This document shows positions 36,969 to 47,700 of a stretch of 64,000 nucleotides of DNA, in pieces (positions within the stretch are counted from its first letter, which is position 1; the number at the start of each line of letters is the position of its first letter). Source of the stretch: Thermoplasmata archaeon. GTDB taxonomy: Archaea; Thermoplasmatota; Thermoplasmata; Lutacidiplasmatales; UBA184. The position numbers and the translations under genes are program-made. The DNA lies in the NCBI GenBank assembly GCA_030037875.1, contig JASHPV010000007.1:10041-74040 (forward strand), in the 5' to 3' direction. Below the pieces are notes generated by a model. That model was given only the letters and a program-made list of their open reading frames with translations. It was not told the origin of the DNA and ran no database searches.

Positions 36969-38266
36969 GCGCGCAAGGCCCGAACGCGATCCGAGCCGAC
37001 GGCGGGCAAACCCTGGCCGAAAAGATTCTCGCACGGGCGGGCGGCCTCGACCACGTCGTGCCGGGTCAGATCGTGGAAGGACGGGTGGACCTCGCGATGA
37101 TGCACGAACAGGGCGCCCAGACCGTCGCGCCGTTCCACGAGATGGGCGCCCCCCGGGTGTGGGATCCGGATCGGGTCGTGATCGCGATCGACCACTGGGT
37201 TCCGGCCTCGACAGAAGGGGCCGCGGTGCTCCATCGGATCCTTCGGCAGTTCGCCAAGGAGCAGGGCCTGACCCATTTCTACGACGTGGGGAACCATGGG
37301 ATCTGTCACCAGATACTGGCCGAGCACGGATGGGTCGTGCCCGGAGACCTCGCCGTCGGAACGGACTCGCATACGAACATGCTCGGGGCCGTGGGCGCGG
37401 TCGCGGCCGGTATCGGACCGACCGAAATGGCGGCCGTGCTCTCGTTGGGAAGGCTGTGGCTCCGGGTTCCCCCCACGCTCCACGTCCGGGTCCGGGGATC
37501 GTTCGGGAAGGGCGTCTACGCCAAGGACCTGATCCTCCGGATCTTGGGCGAGGTCAAGACGACGGGTGCGACCTACAAGGCCATCGAGTTTTCCGGTCCG
37601 ACCATCTCGGCGCTCACGATGTCCGAGCGCTTCACGATCTGCAACATGACCACCGAGATGGGCGCGAAGTGCGGCATGATCGCGCCGGATGCCACGACGT
37701 ACGCGTTCCTCGAGAAGATCGCGAAGCATCCGATGCACCCGGTCTCTCCCGACAAAGACGCGCACTACGAACGGATCATCGACATCGATATCGACGGGAT
37801 GGAGCCGATGGTCGCCTGCCCGTATTCCCCGGATAACGTTCGACCGCTGATGGACCTCGTGCCGAAGCACGTCAAGGTCGACCAAGTGTTCCTGGGCTCC
37901 TGCACGAACGCCCGGATCGACGATCTGCGCGAAGGGGCCCGGATCCTCAAGGGCCACAAGGTGGCGCCGGGGGTTCGATTCATCGTCTCTCCCGCGTCGA
38001 CCTCGATCTACAAACAAGCGCTGGACGAGGGACTCATCGAGACGTTCACCGAAGCGGGCGGCGTCTTCACGAACTCGAGCTGCTCGGCCTGTTTCGGAGG
38101 CAACATGGGCATCCTCGCCCCCGGGGAGGTCTGCGCCTCCTCCTCCAACCGGAACTTCCCGGGGCGGATGGGGGCCAAGGACGCCGAGATCTATCTGCTC
38201 TCTCCCGCCGCGACCGTCGCGGCGGCGATCCGGGGAGAGCTGGCTGACCCCCGAGAGTTCCTCTAG
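36965..38266 (+). CDS. leuC: 3-isopropylmalate dehydratase large subunit (aconitase-family)
   Basis: GTG start overlapping the leuA stop (GTGA). Aconitase-family Cys ligands (GSCTN, SCSAC). Confidence 0.9.
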   Translation: MSAQGPNAIRADGGQTLAEKILARAGGLDHVVPGQIVEGRVDLAMMHEQGAQTVAPFHEMGAPRVWDPDRVVIAIDHWVPASTEGAAVLHRILRQFAKEQGLTHFYDVGNHGICHQILAEHGWVVPGDLAVGTDSHTNMLGAVGAVAAGIGPTEMAAVLSLGRLWLRVPPTLHVRVRGSFGKGVYAKDLILRILGEVKTTGATYKAIEFSGPTISALTMSERFTICNMTTEMGAKCGMIAPDATTYAFLEKIAKHPMHPVSPDKDAHYERIIDIDIDGMEPMVACPYSPDNVRPLMDLVPKHVKVDQVFLGSCTNARIDDLREGARILKGHKVAPGVRFIVSPASTSIYKQALDEGLIETFTEAGGVFTNSSCSACFGGNMGILAPGEVCASSSNRNFPGRMGAKDAEIYLLSPAATVAAAIRGELADPREFL

Positions 38267-38275
38267 GAGGGCCGG

Positions 38276-38797
38276 GTGCGCGAGGTCATCGAGGGTCGGG
38301 TCTGGACCTTGCCCGACGACGTGGACACGGACCAGATCATCAGCGGAAAATATCTCACGGTCATCGACCCGAACGAGCTCAAGAAGCACGTTTTCGAGAT
38401 CGCCCTCCCGGAGTTCGCCGCGAACGCGCACCCGGGCGACATCGTGGTCGCCGGCGTCAACATGGGCAGCGGCTCGAGCCGTGAACATGCCCCCCAGGCC
38501 TTGAAGGCGATCGGGGTCGGCGCGATCGTCGCCGACAGTTTCGCCCGGATCTTCTTCCGCAACGCGATCAACGTGGGAATTCCCACGGTCGAGGCCCCGG
38601 GGGTGCGCAAGATCTTCGAGAAGGGGGATACGGCGCGCATCGAGATGCGCGGCGGCCGAGTCCAGAATCTCCGTACGGGTGACTCGGTCTCGTTCCCGCC
38701 TCTTCCCGCCCATTTGCTCGAGCTTCTCGAGGCCGGAGGGCTCGTCGAGAAGGTCAAGCGAGAATTGCACGCCGGCGCGACGGTGTCCCCTCGATGA
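38276..38797 (+). CDS. leuD: 3-isopropylmalate dehydratase small subunit
   Basis: 173 aa. LeuD swivel-domain pattern (DVDTDQIISGKYL..., NMGSGSSREHAPQAL). Confidence 0.9.
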   Translation: MREVIEGRVWTLPDDVDTDQIISGKYLTVIDPNELKKHVFEIALPEFAANAHPGDIVVAGVNMGSGSSREHAPQALKAIGVGAIVADSFARIFFRNAINVGIPTVEAPGVRKIFEKGDTARIEMRGGRVQNLRTGDSVSFPPLPAHLLELLEAGGLVEKVKRELHAGATVSPR

Positions 38798-39930
38798 AGG
38801 ACGCCGCCTGTCGCATCGCGCTCCTGCCCGGGGACGGGACCGGACCCGAGGTGATCCGCGCCGGCCGTCGCGTGCTCGAGGCGGCGGCGGAGGGGGCCGC
38901 CGCTCCCTGGACCCTCGAGGAATATCCGGCCGGGGCGCTCTACTACCGAGACCACGGTCAGGAGTGGGCGCCCGGGGCGGAACAAGCCGCTCGTTCCGCC
39001 GACGCGATCCTCTTGGGAGCCGTCGGGTGGCCGGGCGTTTCCCTTCCCAATGGAGATATCGCCGGCGCCGGGCTCATTTTCGGCCTCCGATTCGGGCTCG
39101 ACCTTTACGCCAACGTCCGGCCGTGTCGGCTCTATCCCGGGGTCCGCCACCGGATCAGCGGAAAGTGGAAGGAGGTATGGACCCCCGAAAACGTCGATTT
39201 CGTCATCGTCCGCGAAAACACCGAGGGGTTGTACACTCCGGTGCGCGGCGCGTTGACCCGGGGCGGCGCGACGGAAGTGGCCATCGATACGCGCGTGACC
39301 ACCCGGAAAGGAGCCGAGCGCGTCATCCGGTATGCCTTCGACCTCTCCCGTCGTCGAGCGCGGGGCGCGCCGGAGGATCACGTGCGTCGGGTCACGTGTG
39401 TGGACAAGGCGAACGTGCTGCGGGGCTGCCAATTCTTCCGGGAGGTGTTCGAGGAGGTGGGGGCCGAGTACGCGGACATCCAGCGTGAATACGCGTACGT
39501 CGACGCGTTCACGCAGTGGATGGTCCGGAACCCGGAGCATTACGATGTCGTCGTCACGACAAACATGTTCGGGGACATCGTGACCGACCTCGCGGCGGTC
39601 CTCCAAGGGGGGATGGGCTTCGCCGCCGGCGGGAACATCGGCGCGGCGCATGCGATGTTCGAACCGGTACATGGCTCGGCCCCGAAGCATGCGGGCAAGA
39701 ACGAAATCAATCCGTTCGCCACCTTCTTCGCCATCGAGATGATGCTCCGGTGGCTCGGGGATCGTCACGGAGACGGGCGGTTGACGAGGCAGGCGGACCG
39801 AGTCGAGTCGGCGATATCGAAGGTTCTGGCCTCGGGAACCGCGCGAACCTACGACCAGGGGGGGACCGTGAGCACCTCGGACGCGGGCGAGCGCGTGGCC
39901 GAGGCGGTCCGTTCGGAGGGACGCGCATGA
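38794..39930 (+). CDS. leuB: 3-isopropylmalate dehydrogenase (isocitrate/isopropylmalate DH family)
   Basis: NMFGDIVTDL motif. ATGA overlap with the leuD stop. Confidence 0.9.
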   Translation: MKDAACRIALLPGDGTGPEVIRAGRRVLEAAAEGAAAPWTLEEYPAGALYYRDHGQEWAPGAEQAARSADAILLGAVGWPGVSLPNGDIAGAGLIFGLRFGLDLYANVRPCRLYPGVRHRISGKWKEVWTPENVDFVIVRENTEGLYTPVRGALTRGGATEVAIDTRVTTRKGAERVIRYAFDLSRRRARGAPEDHVRRVTCVDKANVLRGCQFFREVFEEVGAEYADIQREYAYVDAFTQWMVRNPEHYDVVVTTNMFGDIVTDLAAVLQGGMGFAAGGNIGAAHAMFEPVHGSAPKHAGKNEINPFATFFAIEMMLRWLGDRHGDGRLTRQADRVESAISKVLASGTARTYDQGGTVSTSDAGERVAEAVRSEGRA

Positions 39931-41108
39931 GCGAGAACCGCGAGGTCGCGGTCGTCGGGGGCGGGTTGACCAAGTTCGGCGTCCGGCCCGTGACCTGGGC
40001 CGAACTTGCCCAGGAAGCCGGTGAGGTTCTGTTCCGCTCCGTTCCGGGCCTGGAAGCGTCGTCAGTGGACAGCCTGTTCGTGGGAGCCGCGGAGCCGGAG
40101 CGGTTCGCCTTCCAGTCCCACGTAGCCCCGCTCGTGGCGGAGCAGATGGGCCTCGCCCCGCATCGCATCGTTCAGCGCAACGAGCTCGCCTGCGCTTCCG
40201 GGCAGTCGGCGATCCGTAGCGCGTATGCGGCGATACGGGCCGGGCTCTCGGACATCGCCGTGGCCGTCGGCGTCGAAAAGATGAACCTCCCCTCGATGGC
40301 CGAAGCCAACTCCGCAATGGCGTGCGTCCTCGACCGTCCCTGGGACGCGGCGCACGGTCTGACGGCGCCTCCGTTCTTCGCCATGGTGGCCCAACGGCAC
40401 ATGCTGGAACACGGAACCACCGAGGAGCAGTTCGCCGCCGTCTCCCAAAAGAACCATCGCTTCGCGAACGCGAACCCGGTCGCCCAGTTCTATGACAAGA
40501 AGTTTGACCGGGAGAAACTGCTCCGGTTGCCGCTGGTCGCCCCACCGCTCCGCCTTGGCGATTGCTCGGCCATGACCGATGGGGCCGGTGCCGTGGTGTT
40601 GGCCGCCGCGGACCGGGTCCGGGAGTTCACCGACACTCCGGCCTGGATCCGAGGCACCGGACAGTACTCGGATTTCCACAACCTCGCCAACATGGAATCC
40701 CTGACGGACTGGACCGGATTGACCCGCGCCTCCCGGGAGGCGTTCCGGTCGGCGGGTATCCGACCGACGGACCTGGATTTCGCCGAACTGCACGACTGCT
40801 TCACGATCTCCGAACTAATCGAGTACGAGGCCATCGGGTTGTGCCCGAAGGGCGAGGGGGGAAAGTTTGCGGCCGATGGCCGGTCCGACCTCGGGGGAGA
40901 CCTCGTGGTGAATCCCCGGGGCGGTCTGCTGGGTTGCGGGCATCCGTTGGGCGCGACCGGCATTGCCCAGGCGGTCGAAGTTTCCCAACAGTTCGCCCAC
41001 ACGGTCGACCCTTCGCGGCAGGTGCCGGACCCCGAATGGGCGATGGTCCACAATCTGAGCGGGAGCGCGAACGTGCATTCCGTGATGATCTACCAGCGGG
41101 GAGGTTGA
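39927..41108 (+). CDS. Thiolase-like protein (archaeal acetyl-CoA acetyltransferase/SCP-x-type, second copy)
   Basis: Internal ATG 39927 (MSENREVAVVGGGLTKFG), ATGA overlap with the leuB stop. Thiolase fold with C-terminal GHPLGATG. Confidence 0.85.
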   Translation: MSENREVAVVGGGLTKFGVRPVTWAELAQEAGEVLFRSVPGLEASSVDSLFVGAAEPERFAFQSHVAPLVAEQMGLAPHRIVQRNELACASGQSAIRSAYAAIRAGLSDIAVAVGVEKMNLPSMAEANSAMACVLDRPWDAAHGLTAPPFFAMVAQRHMLEHGTTEEQFAAVSQKNHRFANANPVAQFYDKKFDREKLLRLPLVAPPLRLGDCSAMTDGAGAVVLAAADRVREFTDTPAWIRGTGQYSDFHNLANMESLTDWTGLTRASREAFRSAGIRPTDLDFAELHDCFTISELIEYEAIGLCPKGEGGKFAADGRSDLGGDLVVNPRGGLLGCGHPLGATGIAQAVEVSQQFAHTVDPSRQVPDPEWAMVHNLSGSANVHSVMIYQRGG

Positions 41109-41194
41109 GCGTTCTGAGCGCGCTGGCCGAAGTGAAAGAGCGCAAGGCGCCGAAGTCCCGGAAACGGCGGAGTGGCGCCACTGCCTCGCCCCCG

Positions 41195-41656
41195 ATGGCC
41201 GCTTCACCGGTCGGGTCGGGCCCTCCCGAACGTCTTCCGTATCTCCTCGACCTCTATCCGCTCGAGTCGGCGGCGCAGACTCGCCTGTCGCCATTCTTCG
41301 AGGCCTTGCACCAGGGGCGATTCACGACCACTCGTTGCCGCAAGGACGGTAAGCTCCTCTGGCCTCCGCGCGTCGTGTGTCCCGTCTGTCACACGACCGA
41401 GCTCGAGTGGGTGGACCTGCCCGCGACGGGCCGGATCTACGCCTTCAGCGCCCTGTTGGCCGGCGCGCCGATCGGTCAGGAGGCCGACCTCCCTCGTGTC
41501 GTGGGACTGGTCGAGCTCGACGGCGTGCCCCTTCGGCTCTTCGGGAGACTGCTCGGTGTCGATTGGCAGGCGTGCCGAATTGGCCTCCGGGTCCGCCTGG
41601 AGCCGCTCGCACTGCCGGATGGACGAGCCTACTACGCGTTCCGCGTAACACCGTAG
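41195..41656 (+). CDS. DUF35 Zn-ribbon/OB-fold protein (second copy, paired with the second thiolase)
   Basis: RCRKDGKLLWPPRVVCPVCH zinc ribbon plus OB-fold. Possible upstream TTG start at 41105. Confidence 0.75.
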   Translation: MAASPVGSGPPERLPYLLDLYPLESAAQTRLSPFFEALHQGRFTTTRCRKDGKLLWPPRVVCPVCHTTELEWVDLPATGRIYAFSALLAGAPIGQEADLPRVVGLVELDGVPLRLFGRLLGVDWQACRIGLRVRLEPLALPDGRAYYAFRVTP

Positions 41657-41705
41657 TCCGACGGGGATTTTCCGGGCGTCCCACCGGCGAGAAATTTGCC
41701 AAAGG

Positions 41706-41711
41706 ATTTAT
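41706..41711 (+). promoter_or_regulatory. TTTATA box upstream of aglB
   Basis: aaggaTTTATAcggg lies ~50 nt upstream of ATG 41760. Confidence 0.3.
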
Positions 41712-41759
41712 ACGGGCCCCGGACTGCGCGGCCCGCCGGTTCGGGAGATCCGGCCGAGG

Positions 41760-44700
41760 ATGGACTCTGAATCTGGCAGCTGGTGGAGCCGTTACGGCTG
41801 GACGACCACCATCTTGCTCGTTGCTTTCGCTGCGGCGTTCATCGTTCGGGTCATTTTCTCGCTCAGTGTCTTCGAGCAGTGGGGCTGGCTCTACGTCTAC
41901 GGGGGCGGTTCGGATTCGTTCTACCACTGGCGAGTGGCGGACTACATCCTCACCAATCACACGAACCTGATCCACGATTCGCTGCTCAAGTATCCCGTCG
42001 GCGCGACCAATCCACGCGAACCGCTGTTCGACTGGATGAACGCGATCTTGGGGATCATCTTCGCGCCGATCTTCGGCGGAAGCGCCGTCAATGCCGCGGC
42101 TTTCTTCCTCAACCTAGACCCGCCCCTCTGGTCGGCTCTCTCGGTCTTCCCGATCTACCTCATCGGGAAGGAGGTCAGCTCCAAGCGGATGGGCCTCGTC
42201 GCGGCCATCACCTACCCGTTCGTCGTCGGGAGCATTCAGGCCGCCACGTTGGGCTACGCGAACTATCTGCCCTTCTACACGTTCTTCATCCTGATCTACT
42301 TCTACGCCTACCTTCGCACAGCGAAGCTGGTCGGAACCAAAACCTACATCACGAGCTTCCGACACCCAAGTGAGGTCCTGGCCGGTTTGCGGCGGTTCCT
42401 CCGCGAGGACCGCCTCGCGGTGAAGTGGGCGGTCTTCGCCGGCGTCTCGCTGGGCGCGCTCGCACTCGCCTGGCAAGGGTATCCGCTCGCTGTCGCGATC
42501 GTCATCATCTCGCTCGCCGTCATTATGGTGGTCGAGCGGATCCGGCGGATCGATTCGGTCAACCTGTACCTCGCGACGTGGATCGCCGGGCTCGTCGGGT
42601 TCCCGATGGCCGTGCCCTACTACCTTGCCCAGCACCTGTTCGCCACCTGGTTCGACCTCCCGCTGCTGATCTATTTCGGCGGACTCGTACTGCTCTTGCC
42701 GTTCGTGCTCCTGCGCCAGTATCCGTGGGTCGTCACGGTGCCCTTGCTGGGGGGCGTCGTTCTGGCCGGTCTGGCGGGTTTCGCATTCATCGCCCCTGCG
42801 TCGTTCCAGACGCTGATCACGGGCCAGGGCTACTTCGCGAAGACGCTGATCTACTCGACGGTCGCCGAGGCTCAGGCCCCCTCGTTCGATGCGCTTGTGC
42901 TGTCGTACGGGGTCCTGACGTTCTTCCTCGCGTTCGTGGGTCTCGGGCTGTTCGCGATTCACCTGATCCGGCAACGGTTCCGCCGGGAGCACGCCCTCTT
43001 TGTCGTGTTCGCCGTCGTGAGTATCTACCTCCCGGTGTCGGCGGCCAAATTCTTCTACCTCGGTTCGCCGGCCTTCGCGCTGCTTCCCGCGGAGGCACTG
43101 CTCCTCATCCTGGACGTCGCCGGCTACCCGCAACTCCGTCGAACGGCGGCCTCCCTCTCCGGTACCCGGGGTCAGTTCACCGCGTTCCGGCGCGCGTTCA
43201 AGGCCCGCCACGTGCTGGTTCTCCTGCTCATCGTCGTTATCCTGGTGCCGAACGTGTGGTATGCCGTCGACGCGGGAATACCCTACAACACCAAGGCCAC
43301 CTACAGCACCCAGGTCTACGACACGCTGCCCCCGGCGCTCCGTACGACCCCGGCCAACGCGTCGAGCTTCTACCTCGGCGCCTCGGGCACGGAACTCGAT
43401 ACGCCCAATCAGTACGACGAGGCCGGGTACAACTGGCTCGCAACGCAAGATACGAATCTCGCCCCGGCGGCCCGGCCCGCGTTCATCAGTTGGTGGGATT
43501 ACGGATTCCAAGCGATCGCCGAAGGGCAGCATCCCTCGGTCGCCGACAACTTCCAGAACGGTATCCCGGCCGCCGGGAACTTCCTCCTGGCCCAGAACGA
43601 ATCCCTCGCCATCGGCGTGCTCGCCACCACGCTTCTCCAGGCGGAGGAAGAAACGAGCGGATACGCCTACCTTCCTCCGGCGCTCAACGCGATCCTAGCC
43701 TCCGATGGCGTGAACGTCGCCGAGTTGCACACGCTGCTGGCGAACACGTCCGCCGACCTCCCGCTCGTGATCGACCATCCGGAGCGCTACCTCCCGGTCA
43801 ACCCGAAAACGATCACCGCGACCAACGCGATGTTCGACGCGGTAAGCTGGTTCCTCGCCAACACGCTTCCCGAGAACGGAGTGGCGCAGGTGTACGACGA
43901 TATCCAGACCTACACGGGCTGGACGATCCGGTACGCGATGGTCGATGACCGGCTGTTCCCCTTCTCGGGGACGAACACCGGCATCTTCTACGCGCCGGCC
44001 GACCTCACGGGCCGCGTCATCGGGCTGGACGGCGCCCCGACGTCGTACTACACCATCGAGGCGGTCGGCTCGGACGGGAACGTGTACCCGATCAACGCGG
44101 TGCCCTCCGGGGTATCGGTGGTGAACTACGTGCTGAACCAGCTCGCGCCGTTCTACAACTCGATGATCTACCGCATTTACATGGGCTATAACGGGACCGA
44201 CATCGGGCTCAGCGCCGGAATCCCCAGCCTCGAGGGCTCTCTCACGAGTTACACTCCGGAGCCCGGGTGGATGCTCCAGCATTTCGAGGTCGCGTACCGG
44301 ACCGCCTTCTACTCGCCGACGCCCACGACCTCGAGCAGCGCCTGCGACATCGCCACGAACCTCCCGGAGGCGGCCCTCCTCGCAGCGAAGACGAACGGCA
44401 CCGCCAACGTCGGTCCCGACTGCTATTTCTCCAGCGGCGAATCGATCCTGGAGTACTATCCCGGAGAGATCCTCTCGGGCACGGTGACCCTCCCCGATGG
44501 AACCCCCGTCCCGGGCGCCCGTTTGACGGTCTACGACGGCTGGCACATCCCCCATCAGACGGTCCTGACCTCCGCCGACGGAGGGTTCTCCGTGATCCTG
44601 CCGCCCGGGAACGACACCCTGAACCTCACGAGCGGGCCGTTGCAGGGGCTGGCCCAGAACGGCACCGAGCTCCTGGACTCGATTCCCCTGGTCGTGGACC

Positions 44701-47700
44701 CGGCCCTCGGGTTCAGCCTGGAGGCGCCCCCGATCGCCCAGAACTTCGTTCTTCAGCCGGGCTCCGTCAACGGCTTCGTTTACTGGAACGCGACCGGAAA
44801 TTCGACCTACGACTCGTCCGTGGACCCCGTGGCCGTGGGGGCCAACGTTACGCTGGGCGGCCCCGGTCTGCGTACCTACAACGCGACCACGGACACGGAC
44901 GGTAGTTTCCGTCTGACCGATGTCGCTCCCGGGGTCTACAACTTCACGGTGCGAGCCGGAGGCGCAACATTCTCCCAGGGCCAGCTGGCGGTCCGGCCCG
45001 GCGCCGCCGCGAACGCGACGGCCGGGCTCGTCCCGTCGAAGGTCACGGGAACGGTGAAGCTGGAGGACGGAACTCCGGCGGTCGGCGCCACGGTCACGAT
45101 CTCGGACCCGGCCGGGCTGTTGGAGGCCGCGGCGACGAACGGTTCGGGGAGCTACACCTTCGCCAATCTGGTCCCGGGGAACTACTCGGTGAAGGCCGAG
45201 TCGGGCGTCAACCTGGCCGCCAACGCGACGGCCGTGGCGCTCAACCAGACCGTGAAGACCGTGACCCAGAACTTGACGCTCATCCCCGTAGTCCCCGTGG
45301 ACTTCGAGGTCGAGGCCGGAGGGGCCCCCGTGCCGGGCTTCGTGGTCCGGATGACGCCCATCCGGGAGACGTCCGGCCTTCCGGGCGCGCAGGCCCCCCG
45401 GCCGACGGACGCGCTCGTCTTCACCAGCGACGCCACCGGGTACGTCCACGCGAACCTGCCGGCCGGCAATTACTCCATCTATGGATACGGACCGGTCGGG
45501 TCGACCTTCCTCGCCGGTTTCGAGAGCGCCTATCTGCCCACCGTCGGGGCCCGCATCGCCGTTGCCCCGCTCCAGCTGTCGCCCGCGGCCTCCCTTTCGG
45601 GCCGATCACCGCTTCCCGCGGAGGTCCCCACCGTCGACCTAAGCGCGACCCAGGTGGCGCTCTATGACAGCGCGGGCAACGAGCTCACCTTCTTCGCGAA
45701 CTCGACCGGCAGCTGGTCGGTCATGGCCCCCGTGGGGAATTACAGCGTCCAAGCCTTGGCCGTGGGCATCGCCGCCGGGGCGCTGAACTACTCTGCCGTC
45801 GGTTACGTGGACCTGTCCCGGGCGACCTCTGTCTCGTTGCCGCTGACTCCGGCCTTCCGATACTCTACCCAGGTGGGAACGCTGGTACCTCCGGACGCCA
45901 CGTTCTACCCCGCCTCCGCTTCCGAGGTGCACCTTACGGTGAACCCCGCGGGTGCGACGATCAGCACGCTCACCGATTACAACGGTTCGACGAGCTTCCT
46001 GCTCCCGACGGCCGAACCGGATACGACGTACTGTCTCGCGGTCCAGAGCAACGGGTACGGAAGCTACTCCGCCTGCAGCCTCTCCGTCGGCGAGCTGACG
46101 GCGATTTCACGGGTCATTCTTCCATTGTTCAACGACACATTGAGCGTGACCGTGACCGGATTACCGTCCGGAGCTATGTTACGGCTCAACGCCACGTCGC
46201 TCGGCCCGCCGGCCCAAACCCTATCGGTGGCCGGCGGCGCATCCTTTGATGTCTCGTTGGCGCCGGGGACGTACCAAATCACGGCGTGGGCCCCACCCGC
46301 GTCCGGCGCGGGGGTCTATCTCCCCGCTCAATCCGTCAACGTCACCCTCCCGTTGGGAGGGATCACCGTGAGTTTGGGGGTCCAGCTGTACTTCCAGTTG
46401 GCCGCCAAAGGGGTTCTGAGCCTCCCGACCGGGGTGACGGCCTCCGCGGTCCAACTGAAAGTGTACGCGCCCCCGTTCAACTTCTCGGTGTCGGGGACGG
46501 TCTTCGAGAAAGGATTTGACATCGCTCCGGGAGTCTACTCGGTCTACGCCTCCGCCCTGGTCTCCGGGGTGAGCTATGCTTCGTTGAGTCAGGTCACGGT
46601 GAGCTCGAGCGGCGTCGCCACGCCGACCGTGAGCCTCGCGAGCGGCGTGTCCTTGACCGCGACGCTCGTCGGCCCGGGAGGTGCGCCCCTCAATCTGACC
46701 GCGCCCGTGTACTGGAGCGGGCCCGACGATTCCCAGCTCTACTCCGTGGCCGTGGACGGCACCGTGACGCTCTCGCTCCCCGGCAGCGCGATATACACGC
46801 CCCAGCTGAACGTCACCCTCACCACGAGCGTGAACGGCATCCTCCGGTACGTGACCTACGCGGTGGTGCCCGGGACCAGCTGCTCTGTCGGAACGACGGC
46901 CTCCGAGTGCTCGATCCCGCTCTCCGCGACGTACCTCGCCGCCGGCATCGCAGGTCAGTTCGACTGGAACGGCGCCCCGCTCACGATCCCGGGTACCGTG
47001 CAGCTGATGGGGCCGTTTCCGTCGACCAACATCTCGGTGGTCACGACGACGAACGGCCTGTTCACAGCCGCTGTGTTGCCAGGAGTCTACACCCTGTACG
47101 CCACCGCCGGGTCGGGCGCGGGGGTCGTCGCGAGCCTGGTGCAGGTCACGGTTCCGTTCCCTTCGACGAACATCACGGTCGACCTCGCTCCCGCCTGGAC
47201 CGACACGCTCACCCTGCTCGCGCCGAGCGGAGTCTCGTCCTCTCCCACCGGGAATGTGACTTGGACGAACGCGGCGGGGGTCTCCTGGACCGTGTCGGGT
47301 GTGCCGCTCGGTGTCGTGGAGGGCTGGGTCCTTCCGCAGGGCGTCTGGACGGTGTCGGCCAACGGCACGATGGCACCTTACGGACGCCCGGTGTCGGCAC
47401 TCGCGACCGGCACCGTGTCGTTGGTGACAGGAAACCAGGCCACCAACCTCGTGCTGATCCCTCAGTTCACCCCGGCCGTGACGATCGCGACCCGGCTTCC
47501 CGACACCGCCACGGTGCCGGCCGGCGGCCTCGCGACCTTCTCGTTCACCGTGCAGAACACGGGGAACGAGCCGGTGACCATCCGCTTCTACGGCGACCCG
47601 GCGGCCTGGAATTTCACGTTCACGCCGGCCACGATGACGCTCGGGGTGGGCTCCGGGAACTCGACCGGGGGAGGTACGGTGTTGGTCCGAATCCCGTTGG

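Noticed and set aside
36659-40545. Very long minus-strand ORFs (703 aa at 36659..38770; 760 aa at 38263..40545) antisense to leuC/leuD/leuB/thiolase
   Set aside because: They have a typical high-GC antisense artefact composition (R/G/P/D-rich), with no recognisable domains. The sense-strand genes have unambiguous enzyme motifs and coupled start/stop codons.
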